A stretch of DNA of 64,000 nt from sequence record MK250019.1, one strand, 5' to 3'. The notes under the pieces were generated by a model. That model had not been told where the DNA came from and ran no database searches. It saw only the letters and a program-made list of their open reading frames with translations. The translations under genes were made by a program, and so were the position numbers. Positions within the stretch are counted from its first letter, which is position 1. Each line of letters starts with the position of its first letter. Shown in pieces: positions 46,163 through 56,993 of the stretch.

Positions 46163-46723
46163 TTAATTACCTTTATCAAAATCCCAAGATGAACCAAAAT
46201 CTGGTGTTTCTACTTCTTCATCAACATTATCATTACCTGTTGATACATAACTATTATAATCAAACAAATAATTCAAAAGTCTTTTTTCATTAAATACTGT
46301 TGACTCAATAAAATCACCAAGGTCTTCTGTATGGTCAATATAACCATCATCTTTTTCACCTTCTGCATTCTTACATACTATGTAAGTATATGTGTCACCA
46401 TTATCATATGTATGAGTATGCATAGAAATATCATCATAAACAAATACGGCTTTAATTCCATATTTTGCAAGTGTTTCTTTAATTGCTTGCATACATTCTT
46501 TAACTTTATCAATATTTTTCCAATAATATCCAATAATGGCTTCCCATAGATATGATGCTTTATCTGATGTATTGAAATAGATTTCAAAATCCCATCCAAA
46601 ATCTCCTTTATCAAATCTTACTGCATCTGGATATTCAGTAATATTTGATTTCTTAATAATAGAAATTGCATGTGTAGAACTTGAATTGGTTTCAAATACA
46701 CTTTGTCTAATTTGTACTTTCAT
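46163..46723 (-). CDS. FETNSSS-motif protein 4 (long type, 186 aa)
   Basis: MKVQIRQSVFETNSSSTHAISI. Confidence 0.85.
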   Translation of the reverse strand: MKVQIRQSVFETNSSSTHAISIIKKSNITEYPDAVRFDKGDFGWDFEIYFNTSDKASYLWEAIIGYYWKNIDKVKECMQAIKETLAKYGIKAVFVYDDISMHTHTYDNGDTYTYIVCKNAEGEKDDGYIDHTEDLGDFIESTVFNEKRLLNYLFDYNSYVSTGNDNVDEEVETPDFGSSWDFDKGN

Positions 46724-46749
46724 TTACTTTATTTTTAAAAATTAATAGA

Positions 46750-47106
46750 TTAACATGGTTGATATGTAGAAACAACAATAGTAGAATCAACACCATTAGA
46801 GTCTTTTATAACCTCTGTAATAGTATCCCAACCTTCATCCGCATAATGATAAATATCCTTCCATACTTCATAAGGGATATAATCATAGTCATCGAACCAA
46901 ATATCTTCATCTACATTATTAGGATCATAAATTAATTGATCCTTTGGGACATCTTTTACATTAATAAGTTTGTCTGCTGATGGTCCATTTTCAATAACCA
47001 TTTTTCCTTCTTTAAATGCTTGCCAATCACTACCATTAAATAATGCTAATGAATGTGTAGAACTTGAATTCGTTTCAAATACGCCTTCTCTAATCTGAAT
47101 TTTCAT
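46750..47106 (-). CDS. FETNSSS-motif protein 3 (short type, 118 aa)
   Basis: MKIQIREGVFETNSSSTHSLAL. Confidence 0.85.
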   Translation of the reverse strand: MKIQIREGVFETNSSSTHSLALFNGSDWQAFKEGKMVIENGPSADKLINVKDVPKDQLIYDPNNVDEDIWFDDYDYIPYEVWKDIYHYADEGWDTITEVIKDSNGVDSTIVVSTYQPC

Positions 47107-47109
47107 ATA

Positions 47110-47781
47110 TTATAAAATATAAATTTTTGGCTTATTATAAGGTGCATATGCAATATCTTGAAATGTAATAATATTTTCATCTTTCATTACATCATCAAAG
47201 AATTTATCGAACTCATCTACAGTAATCCATTTATTATTACCATGTTCAGAAAAATATTTTACATGTGTATCTGTATTTTCTATTGTTTCTGTATATACAC
47301 CATGTTCAAGATTATTGATTACATGTACAATATCATAACCTTTACTTTTTGTATATTCTTTAATTCGTTCAACAAATCTTGCATATACTTTAGTATCTGT
47401 TAGCAATGTATCATGATATTCATTTTCAAAATAAGTTGAACCATATGCATCTCTATTATAATCTTCTATATAATATGCATTTTCATTTAATGCCATTGCA
47501 ATATACTGAAGTTTTGCAATCCAGTTTGAGATAATATAATAAACATTTCCACATTCATCACCATTTTCAAAATATATGCCTGTAAGTGTAAATGTTTTAT
47601 TTTCTTTATCAATACAAAGTAAAGGATTAAACATATCATTATCAATGTTTTCCTTATATTGCTCTATAATAGCTTTGAATATATTATCTCTAACTGAATT
47701 TATAGAACCTTTAGTAATTTGCAAACTATGAGTAGAACTTGAATTGGTTTCAAATACTCCTCTCCTAATTTGTATTTTCAT
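47110..47781 (-). CDS. FETNSSS-motif protein 2 (long type, 223 aa)
   Basis: MKIQIRRGVFETNSSSTHSLQI; ATG 47781 chosen by alignment to the paralogs. Confidence 0.85.
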   Translation of the reverse strand: MKIQIRRGVFETNSSSTHSLQITKGSINSVRDNIFKAIIEQYKENIDNDMFNPLLCIDKENKTFTLTGIYFENGDECGNVYYIISNWIAKLQYIAMALNENAYYIEDYNRDAYGSTYFENEYHDTLLTDTKVYARFVERIKEYTKSKGYDIVHVINNLEHGVYTETIENTDTHVKYFSEHGNNKWITVDEFDKFFDDVMKDENIITFQDIAYAPYNKPKIYIL

Positions 47782-47783
47782 AT

Positions 47784-48281
47784 TTAACAATATTCATAAA
47801 AATTTTTATATTTAGAACCTTGTGGAAGATCATTATCACTGCTAAAATAATTATTATCAAAACATTGACATGATGATTTATTGTTAAAAATATATCCTAA
47901 AAGATATTTTTCAAATGTTTCATCATCAACATTATTATTGAAAATATTATCCAATACATCTTCACACCAACCACTTGATTCATATTCACCATTTTCATCA
48001 ATAAGGTAATCAAACTTAATTTCATATTTTGAAATTACCTTATTAATACGGTTTTTGCAATAAATGAAATTTGTTAATGAATCATTCATTGTCATGTAAT
48101 TAAACAATGAATCAAGACGTTCCTGAAGTTTATCATTTGTTTGACGTTTATCCCATGGTATACCAAGTTTAAATGTCATACCTGCATATTTTTCAATATT
48201 TACTGGTTCCAAACATATAGTTAATGTATGTACGGAACTTGAATTTGTTTCAAATACACCTCGTCTAATTTGTACTTTCAT
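47784..48281 (-). CDS. FETNSSS-motif protein 1 (long type, 165 aa)
   Basis: MKVQIRRGVFETNSSSVHTLTI. Confidence 0.85.
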   Translation of the reverse strand: MKVQIRRGVFETNSSSVHTLTICLEPVNIEKYAGMTFKLGIPWDKRQTNDKLQERLDSLFNYMTMNDSLTNFIYCKNRINKVISKYEIKFDYLIDENGEYESSGWCEDVLDNIFNNNVDDETFEKYLLGYIFNNKSSCQCFDNNYFSSDNDLPQGSKYKNFYEYC

Positions 48282-48295
48282 AATTATATATTATA

Positions 48296-49183
48296 TTACT
48301 TCTTGCTATATTTGTTTTGAATAAAATGAAACATTTCATCCATTGTCTTATCACCAATAGGGAATCGCTCTTTTGAAATTGAATTCTTTGCAAATTCACC
48401 CTTTACCATATCAATATAGAATGTATAACCTCCGTCATCACCCATATAGAATTCATCCCATTCCTCTGATGAAAGAATACGCTGTACTTTAAGCTGTTCA
48501 ATCGCAAGATTATCAAAACTCAAAACCTTAAAATATGTCTTAATCTCATCAAGATTATCAAAAAGATATTTTGTATTATTCTTAATGAATTCATCATGTT
48601 GCTTATGATAGTTAATACCACGCTGCAAATCTTTATATCCAAGGAGCAATACTTTCAAATCATTATCACGAAGTTTTTGAATATCAGATTCTTTTAGAAT
48701 TCCAACAATAGTATGTAGAACAGTATTAGGAATACTATTCATCTTTTCAATAAGTTCATCTGTAGGATGAATCAAAGAAACACCAATACCATAAACATAC
48801 TTATGTTCAGACCATGTTTTCAATTTATCATAGTTTCTCAAGAACTGATTCTGATTAACAGTAATGTTTGCATACACCTTCTTCTTCTTCAAAAATTCAA
48901 GGAATGCAACAAGATCAGGATGATCTAGATCATTGCCATTAAGAGCAATCTCTGTATATGGATGAAGAGTATTAATAAAAGGATATGAAAACAAGTCACC
49001 GTGTTTCCCTTCTGGTGAGCATCCCTCGTAGCAAAACTGACACATCTCTCGACACTTATCTGTTAATTTGCAATCTACGTTCTCAGAAAATGACGGAATG
49101 AATTCGTTATCCTCTGTTCGACGTATCTTAGTTCCATCACTCAAAATCGTTACAATGTAATTACCATTCTTATAACTTGGCAT
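48296..49183 (-). CDS. Radical SAM enzyme
   Basis: CxxxCxxC motif in KLTDKCREMCQFCYE; ALNGND; NITVN. No C-terminal Cys-rich SPASM domain. Confidence 0.9.
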   Translation of the reverse strand: MPSYKNGNYIVTILSDGTKIRRTEDNEFIPSFSENVDCKLTDKCREMCQFCYEGCSPEGKHGDLFSYPFINTLHPYTEIALNGNDLDHPDLVAFLEFLKKKKVYANITVNQNQFLRNYDKLKTWSEHKYVYGIGVSLIHPTDELIEKMNSIPNTVLHTIVGILKESDIQKLRDNDLKVLLLGYKDLQRGINYHKQHDEFIKNNTKYLFDNLDEIKTYFKVLSFDNLAIEQLKVQRILSSEEWDEFYMGDDGGYTFYIDMVKGEFAKNSISKERFPIGDKTMDEMFHFIQNKYSKK

Positions 49184-49230
49184 AATTCTTTTTATTTAAA
49201 AATTAATATTTGTGTTTAAAACTGATATTA

Positions 49231-49238
49231 CAAAGATA
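49231..49238 (-). promoter_or_regulatory. Bacteroidota promoter -7 box upstream of the radical SAM operon
   Basis: TATCTTTG about 47 nt upstream of ATG 49183. Confidence 0.65.
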
Positions 49239-49366
49239 CATAAAAGTTTTCACATAGAAAAATTTTTAACATTTATTTGATAAATAAAGAAATTTATATG
49301 ATTTAAATAAACTTTTTATTATTTCTTTCTTAAATAATAGAAGATATATTTTAATTTTTAATTTTA

Positions 49367-49708
49367 ATGATTATGACAGTATTTTACATTATTATGTTTA
49401 TAGCATTGTATATTGCTTTTGGTATTACAATATTCGGAATTGGTTATAAATACGATTTTTTAGATGTTCGAAAAGGTTATAAGCAATCAGTATGTCAAGG
49501 TGATGAATATTCAACAATTGTAATGAGTATTATTTTTTGGCCATTAATTGCAGCATGTTTTTTGTTGTTCTCAATACCACGACGTATAATAGATGGTCTT
49601 ATTAATGCGATAGATGAAGATATAAGATATGAAGAATTATTACGTAATAAACGGTTGAAGAACAATAAAGATAATTATAATGGTAATGATAATAATATAA
49701 AATTATGA
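49367..49708 (+). CDS. Membrane protein
   Basis: Two hydrophobic segments, SIIFWPL. Confidence 0.7.
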   Translation: MIMTVFYIIMFIALYIAFGITIFGIGYKYDFLDVRKGYKQSVCQGDEYSTIVMSIIFWPLIAACFLLFSIPRRIIDGLINAIDEDIRYEELLRNKRLKNNKDNYNGNDNNIKL

Positions 49709-49959
49709 TTAATAGATTACATATTTTAACAAAAAGTCGTAAATATACAGATTATTACAGTGAATTTGTAAAGTATAAAGGGAAGAAAATAAAAATTGTT
49801 ATAAAATTTGAATCAAACCGATTTGTTGCACGTCTATATTTGTTAACAAATTTAGGGTTGAACGAATTTGCATACTCATCTGATTTCGAATATGATGTTA
49901 ATAAATTTAATTGTAATTTTGACAGTATAGATAAAAATGAAAAAAATAAAAATGATTAA
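49705..49959 (+). CDS. Hypothetical protein
   Basis: 84 aa, ATGA overlap. Confidence 0.6.
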   Translation: MINRLHILTKSRKYTDYYSEFVKYKGKKIKIVIKFESNRFVARLYLLTNLGLNEFAYSSDFEYDVNKFNCNFDSIDKNEKNKND

Positions 49960-50031
49960 TACATTAAAAGATTTATCAAGGGATTATATTACTCAAGTGT
50001 TCTAAATAATAAATATAAAAAAGAATACATA

Positions 50032-50301
50032 ATGATGAATAATATATTATCTTTTGTAATTATGTTTTTACAACATATATTATATATTATAGAAGGCTAT
50101 TTAAAATGGTTATTTGATATTATAACATTTAAAGAATCTCGACTTTCTAAAAGGAGAATGATTATATGTAAAAAATGTGAGAATTATAATCATGGTATAT
50201 GTGATAAATGTGGATGTATTCTTAAAGCAAAAACTAGAGTGGACTTTTTATTAGATAATGACGGAATTAGCATAGACGGATGTCCAATAAGGAAATGGTA
50301 A
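50032..50301 (+). CDS. Cys-rich small metal-binding protein
   Basis: RRMIICKKC..ICDKCGCILKAK..CPIRKW. Confidence 0.7.
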   Translation: MMNNILSFVIMFLQHILYIIEGYLKWLFDIITFKESRLSKRRMIICKKCENYNHGICDKCGCILKAKTRVDFLLDNDGISIDGCPIRKW

Positions 50302-50357
50302 TAAACTATTTCCTTATTTTTTTATATAAGATATAAAAAATAAAATGTTATTATTTA

Positions 50358-50855
50358 ATGACTGAAATTTTTAAAGATATTAAAAGAGAAATGCAGGAAA
50401 TTCAAGATAATATAGGTGCTTTTCATGAAACAGGATTGAAAGATGACGGAATGATGAAAATTAAACCGTCTATTACTGTATGTGTTGATTTTGATGGAAC
50501 AATGGTTCAACATGAGTATCCTGATATTGGTAAAGAAACAGAAGGTTGTGTTGAAACATTAAAGCGATGGGTTGATGAATATAATGTAGGAATTATTCTC
50601 GATACTATGAGAAGTGGCGATTCATTGGATGAAGCTGTTGCATGGTGTAAAGAAAAAGGAATTAAATTATATGGTATCAGTAAAGATCCTGAACAGGAAA
50701 AATGGACAGATTCACCTAAAGCATATGCACCATTTTCTATTGATGACAGAAATGTTGGATGTCCTTTAGTATATGGAAAATCAAGAAGACCATATGTAAA
50801 CTGGGATAAGGTAGTAGAGATTTTTGAACCTGTTATTAAAATGTTTGCAAAATGA
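50358..50855 (+). CDS. HAD-superfamily hydrolase (BT0820-like)
   Basis: VCVDFDGTMVQHEYPDIG..IDDRNVG. Confidence 0.8.
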   Translation: MTEIFKDIKREMQEIQDNIGAFHETGLKDDGMMKIKPSITVCVDFDGTMVQHEYPDIGKETEGCVETLKRWVDEYNVGIILDTMRSGDSLDEAVAWCKEKGIKLYGISKDPEQEKWTDSPKAYAPFSIDDRNVGCPLVYGKSRRPYVNWDKVVEIFEPVIKMFAK

Positions 50856-51223
50856 TAAAATTTAAAAAGAAGGATACAGATAATATATTAATCAGAGTTA
50901 AAGGTATATCAGGAAATGTAAAAGATTTATTATCATTGTTAGATAAACATGATTTATCTATTGATGCATTATATAATTATAAGGAATTAGGAAAATATGT
51001 AGATAATTCAATTATAATGACTGATATACGTAATTTGCTATGTAATGGTGCAAATGATTTAATTAATATATCACATATAAAAATAATGTATGATATTACA
51101 GAAGTAAAATGTATAAAATTTGATACTTTTTATTTTTTTAAAGCATTATTATCAGATGCATCTACATCAACATATTTTTTAACTAATGATAAAATGTTTA
51201 TTGAAAAATATATTAAAAAATAA
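50852..51223 (+). CDS. Hypothetical protein
   Basis: 123 aa, ATGA overlap. Confidence 0.65.
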   Translation: MIKFKKKDTDNILIRVKGISGNVKDLLSLLDKHDLSIDALYNYKELGKYVDNSIIMTDIRNLLCNGANDLINISHIKIMYDITEVKCIKFDTFYFFKALLSDASTSTYFLTNDKMFIEKYIKK

Positions 51224-51226
51224 ATT

Positions 51227-51760
51227 ATGTAGTACGACGACACAATTATTATTAATCTGATTGCTGGTGCATGCGCAGGAAAATCAACTATTGCGAGTGG
51301 AATTTTTTATAAATTAAAAATGAAAGGAGTTGATTGTGAGCAGTCATTGGAATATGCAAAAGATCGGGTTTGGGAAGGAAGTTATTCAACAATGGATGAT
51401 TAGATTTATATGTTTGGAAAACAATATCATCGTGTATGGAGATTGAATCATAAAGTATAGGTGGTTATATCAGATAGTCCATTAATTTTATCAATTTATT
51501 ATTCTAAATTTAAAAGTAAATATTTTGAAGATTTTGTAATAGAGCAATTTAATACATTTCATAATATTACATATTTTATTGATAGAGACACTGAATATAA
51601 TCAGAATGGAAGAATCCATACACTTGAATAGGCAAAAGAAGCAGATCAAGAATTGAAAGATATTTTGGAAAAACATAATATTGAATATACCACTGTTAAA
51701 ACAACAGAGGCAACGGATATTATAACAGATCATATTTTAGATATATTGAATAAGAAGTGA
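51227..51760 (+). CDS. P-loop kinase / NadR-like AAA_28 ATPase, TAG-recoded, 177 aa
   Basis: Begins ATG-TAG. INLIAGACAGKST..EYAKD..DQIYMFGKQ..ISDSPL; 4 TAGs; not in the track. Confidence 0.8.
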
Positions 51761-51763
51761 GAA

Positions 51764-51807
51764 AATAAAGGGATGTAGATTATTACTAAATTCTACATCC
51801 CTTTATT
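51764..51807 (+). terminator. Intrinsic terminator
   Basis: aataaagggatgtaga...tctacatccctttatt. Confidence 0.8.
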
Positions 51808-51851
51808 GCTTAAAATAAATAATGAAATATCATATACGAATATTTTAATTT

Positions 51852-53468
51852 ATGGAAGAAAGTAATCTTATTAATAATGATAATACATATAATACTGATA
51901 TGAGTACATCATAGTCTACTATTGGTGGAAATGCAACCACAAATAATAAATTTAATAAAGATGATTTATAGGAAGTTACAGGTGGAGGAGGTGGAGGTAT
52001 TGTTACACTACCAACTACAATAGTTGATGGATCTGAAACATCATAGACGACAGGAACTTTAACCCCTATATTATTAATATTAGGTGATGGTACATCTACA
52101 GATGAGGAACCAGTTTTGCTTGAAGAAGATGGAGACACAACATATAATGCTGTTATAAATTTAGATTTGGAATCTGATATACCTATCATTACATTTAAAA
52201 GTGAAGCATCGAGCAAGTGTGATGCAAATTATGTAATTGCTGTTACAGAATCAGATAAAACTATACCTGTTAGTTATAACTCAAAAAATTTGAGTACAAC
52301 ATTTACTAATGATGGTAATAATTGGTGTAGTGTTGAATTTAAAAATCCATTAGAGGTAACATTTCTAAATAAAAATTTAACAGCTGATAATTTTCCTGAT
52401 AATTCTAAAATAATTGTGCCTGTTATATCATGTAAAGAAAATACAGGAGCAGAAAGAAATACAGTAATAACATTTAATATTGGAAATTTTTCTATATTAC
52501 ATAATATACAAATGAATGTTATATAGAGTGCATATTCAGGAGAAATTACAGCAGGACCTTGTGTATTAAAATATGTAAGTGGTGAAGGTAAAGATAACAA
52601 AACATATAAATATAAAATATTAACTAATAACACATATTATATATTTAAAAATAATGGAAGTAGTTATATATATGAAAATGAAAATGATAGAGATGCTAAT
52701 AATGTAGGAAAATTTTTTTTATGTTTTGGTATTGTTGATTAGAATGGTAATATATATGATAATTTACCAAAGGATTTTAATGAATTAACAAATAATTATA
52801 CGAATTTAATAACATTATCAAAAACAAATTATAAATTATAGTTAATATATCAAACAGAAGTGTATAGAGTTGGAACTGCTGCAATAATGGAGATTGATAT
52901 ACCAAATGATGCGAAACTTTAGGATGTAATTACTTTTAGTTATAATAATAAACAATTTATGACACTTAAATATGGACATTAGGATTAGGAAAATACAATA
53001 ATTGCAAGGGCAAAATGGTATGATTCAACTAGTCCTATTACTGATGGTAGTTTATATTTTTTAACAAGTAAAAACGTTAAAAAAGAAATATGGTATAGTG
53101 GCACACCTTTATATTCTTATATGACTCAAGATAATATTATATTTTTAATAGATAATAAATATCAAATAAATACAAATAGCAAAATATTAAGTAATGTATT
53201 AACTGAATATAACTTAGAAAATAACGGTGGTTATGATTTTAATTCCTATATGAATTGTAACGTTATAGATATTTCTGATATAATAAATGATGTAGATGGA
53301 AACCATGTATATTTAAAAGATATAGAAAATGGTGAGCCTTTTATAAATTTTAAAATATATATTTATACACGAAATAATTAGAATGAATATATTTATTTAG
53401 GGTATATAGCAATGGGAGAAACATATAATGAAAGTGAAGCATTTATTGGTTTTTTTGATAAAAAATAA
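51852..53468 (+). CDS. TAG-recoded 538-aa putative virion protein with BACON/Ig-like segment
   Basis: Joins track ORFs 52116 and 53121; ISCKENTGAERNTVITF; TAA at 53466-53468. Confidence 0.7.
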
Positions 53469-53548
53469 TAACTTATAATTACGTCATTTAATTTACAGTA
53501 TTTCATTTTTTAACGTAGATATATAAATTTATAGATAATTTATATATT

Positions 53549-54625
53549 ATGGAAACAGAAAAATATTATGGTCTTGGTCTTGACTTAGAAACAACAAAGA
53601 AAGATTCATCTATTATAGATTGTGAACTTCCTGGTAAATTACCAGAAAATCCATCGCTAAATACTACGAATACATCTCTTTTAAATAAAGCAAGTACAAT
53701 AAGTAATTATACAAAACTTGTAGATTGTCCAAAAGAATTTACATTAACTAAACATAATGATGCAATAACAGATAGTTCATTATAGGTAATAGAACAAAAC
53801 TTATCTTTTAATGGTAACACTAACGTATCATATAATTATAGTATATCAATAGGTACAGGTACAGAGATAATAATAGGTACACGAAAAGATGTTTATCTTG
53901 GATATGAAGATATAAATAAAATATTTGAAGGAAATTTAAGTTCTGTAATGACTGCATATAGTGCTACATTAGATTCAGATGTTACAGGATGTTCTGCAAA
54001 GTTATCAAGGAGTGATACTACAGGAGCTTTAATTAAATATAGTTTAAATAAATGTACTAAAGATAGAATTATTACATTTATCTATAAGAATACTCCTATA
54101 TTTAAAATTAATTAGACTTATGAAAAAAAGGAAATATATCAAACTTTTTATATATTTTCAATTTCTAGTATAGGAATTGGTAATAGTTTTGCATTATTTG
54201 AAAATAATAATGTGCTTCCTAATTCGTTTGATATGAATTAGACTAACAAAATTCTTATGTATATAGGTAATGGCGTTAACCAAACTAATGGAATCATATT
54301 ATTTTATTTTTGTAACACTCCATATGTACTAAATTTTATAACTGTAGAAGAATTAATAAATAGTGGAAAATTAACGCATTTACAAGGACATGATTATTTA
54401 AATACTGAGTATAACAAATATAAGAGTTTATCACTAAATAAGGTAAATCGTATAAATTCATACAATAGTTATAATTTTAGTACAATATAGGCAACATTAT
54501 CCATGAAAATATCGATATTTATATCACGTGAAAGCGGGTTATATAGAATTCCAGATTATATATAGTTTAGTAATACAGATAATGCAAATCATGTTGGTGT
54601 ATATAAGTATATAATATCAAATTAA
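53549..54625 (+). CDS. TAG-recoded 358-aa putative virion protein
   Basis: Joins track ORFs 53549 and 54257; TAA at 54623-54625. Confidence 0.7.
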
Positions 54626-54628
54626 TAT

Positions 54629-54666
54629 AAAAGAGAGTTAGATAATCAAAAATCTAATTCTCTTTT
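54629..54666 (+). terminator. Intrinsic terminator
   Basis: aaaagagagttagat...atctaattctctttt. Confidence 0.75.
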
Positions 54667-54727
54667 TTATTTTTATAACTTNNNNNNNNNNNNNNNNNNN
54701 NNNATAGTAAAGTATATAAAGCAAGAA

Positions 54728-56656
54728 ATGCAATACACGATAGAATCAATAAAATCAAATATATTAGATTGGGTTGAAAATAATATAGGTTTAGATTTTT
54801 CATTTAGAAAATATCAGCTTGAATCTATAATGTTTATTATTAAAAGTATATTAAATGATAACAGAGAAACTTCTATAATTGAAGCACCAACAGGCTCTGG
54901 TAAATCTCTTATATGTATTATATGTGCAGGTGTATTGTCAAAATATTATCATAAATCATCATATATACTTTGTTCAGATCTTTTTCTCTGGCAGCAATAT
55001 GCGGATTTTATTGATAAAATGTCATTATATGAATTTGGTTATATAAAGGGTGCAATAGGAAATTATACATGTTTTGTTAATAAGCAAGATCTCAGTTGTG
55101 GTCGTTGTAAACTCGCAAAAGTTTCTTATGGACAGTTAAGAGATAAGAATTGGAGAGAACGTAATATGTTTACATGTGTTGAACGATGTAAATATATGCA
55201 AGATAGATTTAGAGCAGAACGTTCAAATGTTACACTTATGACATATCAGTTATGGCTTCATCATATGAATCTTGTAAATCAAAAAGCAGGAACAAATCAT
55301 CCATTTCCAAAGCGTGATGTTGTTTTTTGTGATGAGTGTCATAATATTCCTGATCTAGTTCAACAATTCTGTTCACCAACACTTCGAGATCAATCTCATA
55401 CAAAGAAATTAATGGATATTCTTGATTATGCAGAACAACATAATATTGAAATGAAAACGCTTTCATCTGATATAATATATGATGAATTTTTTAAACCAGA
55501 ATATTTAACACAATTATTAAATGAAAATAAAAAACTTGATACACACTATACATCTATATTTGATAACGATAATATTAAAGACCGGTTGGATGTGGTATTT
55601 ACTGGTCTTAATTACTATCATGATGATGCGGAACAAATTATAACATTACTTAAATTATTCCGAAATATTCTTACTATTGTTGCAAATGTTAATTCATCAT
55701 TAGAAGATGAAATTCAACATGAATCATTATTCAATACAAAGAATATGGATAAAGATATGGAAACATTGTCAAAAAGATTAACATGGTTCCATACATTTGG
55801 AAATTCATTTGAAGATTTCATGGAAGCAATTAAAAAGTCAGGAACTGAATATATGTTAATGGAAGTTAATGTTAATCCAGAAACACATGAAAGAACATAT
55901 CAGTTTAATTGTGCAAAAGAAGATTATCTTTGTAATGAATACCTATTATCACATGCAAATAATAAAGTTCTTTTGTCTGCTACCGTGGGATCTCATCATG
56001 CATTTGATGAAAATATAGGAACTAAATATACAAAACAACATGAATCTTTTTTCTCAAAGATTCCATCTACATTTGATTTCAGTAAATCTCCTATATATTA
56101 TATTCCTAAATATAAAATGAATTATGCAAATAAAGCTCATGATTTTCCAATGATTCAACAAATGGCAGCAAAAATTATAAATGCGCATAATCAATATAGA
56201 GGAATTATTCATACAGGTTCATATGAAAATGCAAGACTTTTTTATAATAGTGTTCCATATGAAGTAAGAAAACGGTTATTCCTTTATGGTACACCAAAAC
56301 AAAAAGAAGAAATAATGCCGGATTTTAAAAAATCAACTAATGGTATTTTAGTTGGTCCAACATTAACGGAAGGTATTGATCTTCCAGATGATTATTGTAG
56401 ATTTATTATATTGATGAAAGTACCATATCCAAATATTACAAGTAAAATTGTAAAAAAGAAATTAGAATTATTCCCATTATGGTATAATTGTACTACAAGT
56501 AATATTATTATACAAAGTATAGGTAGAGGCGTCAGAAATGAACATGATTACTGTACAACATATATATTAGATGGATGTTTTGGTAATTTATATCAACAAA
56601 CAAAAGAACAATATTCTCCCGAACTTCAAAATAGAATAAAAATAATTTATGCATAA
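54728..56656 (+). CDS. DinG/YoaA-like SF2 helicase
   Basis: EAPTGSGKS, Cys residues consistent with an Fe-S cluster, FCDECHN, LLSAT, EGIDLP..KVPYP, IIQSIGRGVR. Confidence 0.9.
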   Translation: MQYTIESIKSNILDWVENNIGLDFSFRKYQLESIMFIIKSILNDNRETSIIEAPTGSGKSLICIICAGVLSKYYHKSSYILCSDLFLWQQYADFIDKMSLYEFGYIKGAIGNYTCFVNKQDLSCGRCKLAKVSYGQLRDKNWRERNMFTCVERCKYMQDRFRAERSNVTLMTYQLWLHHMNLVNQKAGTNHPFPKRDVVFCDECHNIPDLVQQFCSPTLRDQSHTKKLMDILDYAEQHNIEMKTLSSDIIYDEFFKPEYLTQLLNENKKLDTHYTSIFDNDNIKDRLDVVFTGLNYYHDDAEQIITLLKLFRNILTIVANVNSSLEDEIQHESLFNTKNMDKDMETLSKRLTWFHTFGNSFEDFMEAIKKSGTEYMLMEVNVNPETHERTYQFNCAKEDYLCNEYLLSHANNKVLLSATVGSHHAFDENIGTKYTKQHESFFSKIPSTFDFSKSPIYYIPKYKMNYANKAHDFPMIQQMAAKIINAHNQYRGIIHTGSYENARLFYNSVPYEVRKRLFLYGTPKQKEEIMPDFKKSTNGILVGPTLTEGIDLPDDYCRFIILMKVPYPNITSKIVKKKLELFPLWYNCTTSNIIIQSIGRGVRNEHDYCTTYILDGCFGNLYQQTKEQYSPELQNRIKIIYA

Positions 56657-56990
56657 TCAAGAACTTTATTTAAAGAATTCAGGATTATTATTTGCACATA
56701 AGTTTGAAAGAGTTGTTCATGGCGGTAGAGGAGATTATGTTGAATTTACATATGAACAAATTCTTCCAAAACTTTATTATAAATTTGATGAAGACCACAT
56801 GGAATTTGATATAAATAATTTTGACAAATATACAGGCTTTTATTACCATTGGTTATATCCTTTATTTGATACTGAAACAAAAGTATATTTTCAGTTAAAA
56901 ACTGTCAAATACGCTGATTATAAATTATATCATTTTTATGTAAGTCCAGATTTATTCATAAATTTTAAAGATCCCCAAAGTTTATTTTAA
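56649..56990 (+). CDS. Hypothetical protein
   Basis: 113 aa, overlaps the helicase stop. Confidence 0.7.
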   Translation: MHNQELYLKNSGLLFAHKFERVVHGGRGDYVEFTYEQILPKLYYKFDEDHMEFDINNFDKYTGFYYHWLYPLFDTETKVYFQLKTVKYADYKLYHFYVSPDLFINFKDPQSLF

Positions 56991-56993
56991 AAT

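Noticed and set aside
46094-48257. The 23-nt repeats as a CRISPR array
   Set aside because: They are in-frame coding sequence at gene starts, spaced hundreds of bases apart.
30490-50335. Possible middle promoter TTTTATANNATAA (near 30498, 40845, 42938, 50320)
   Set aside because: Too degenerate to distinguish from background in such AT-rich intergenic DNA.
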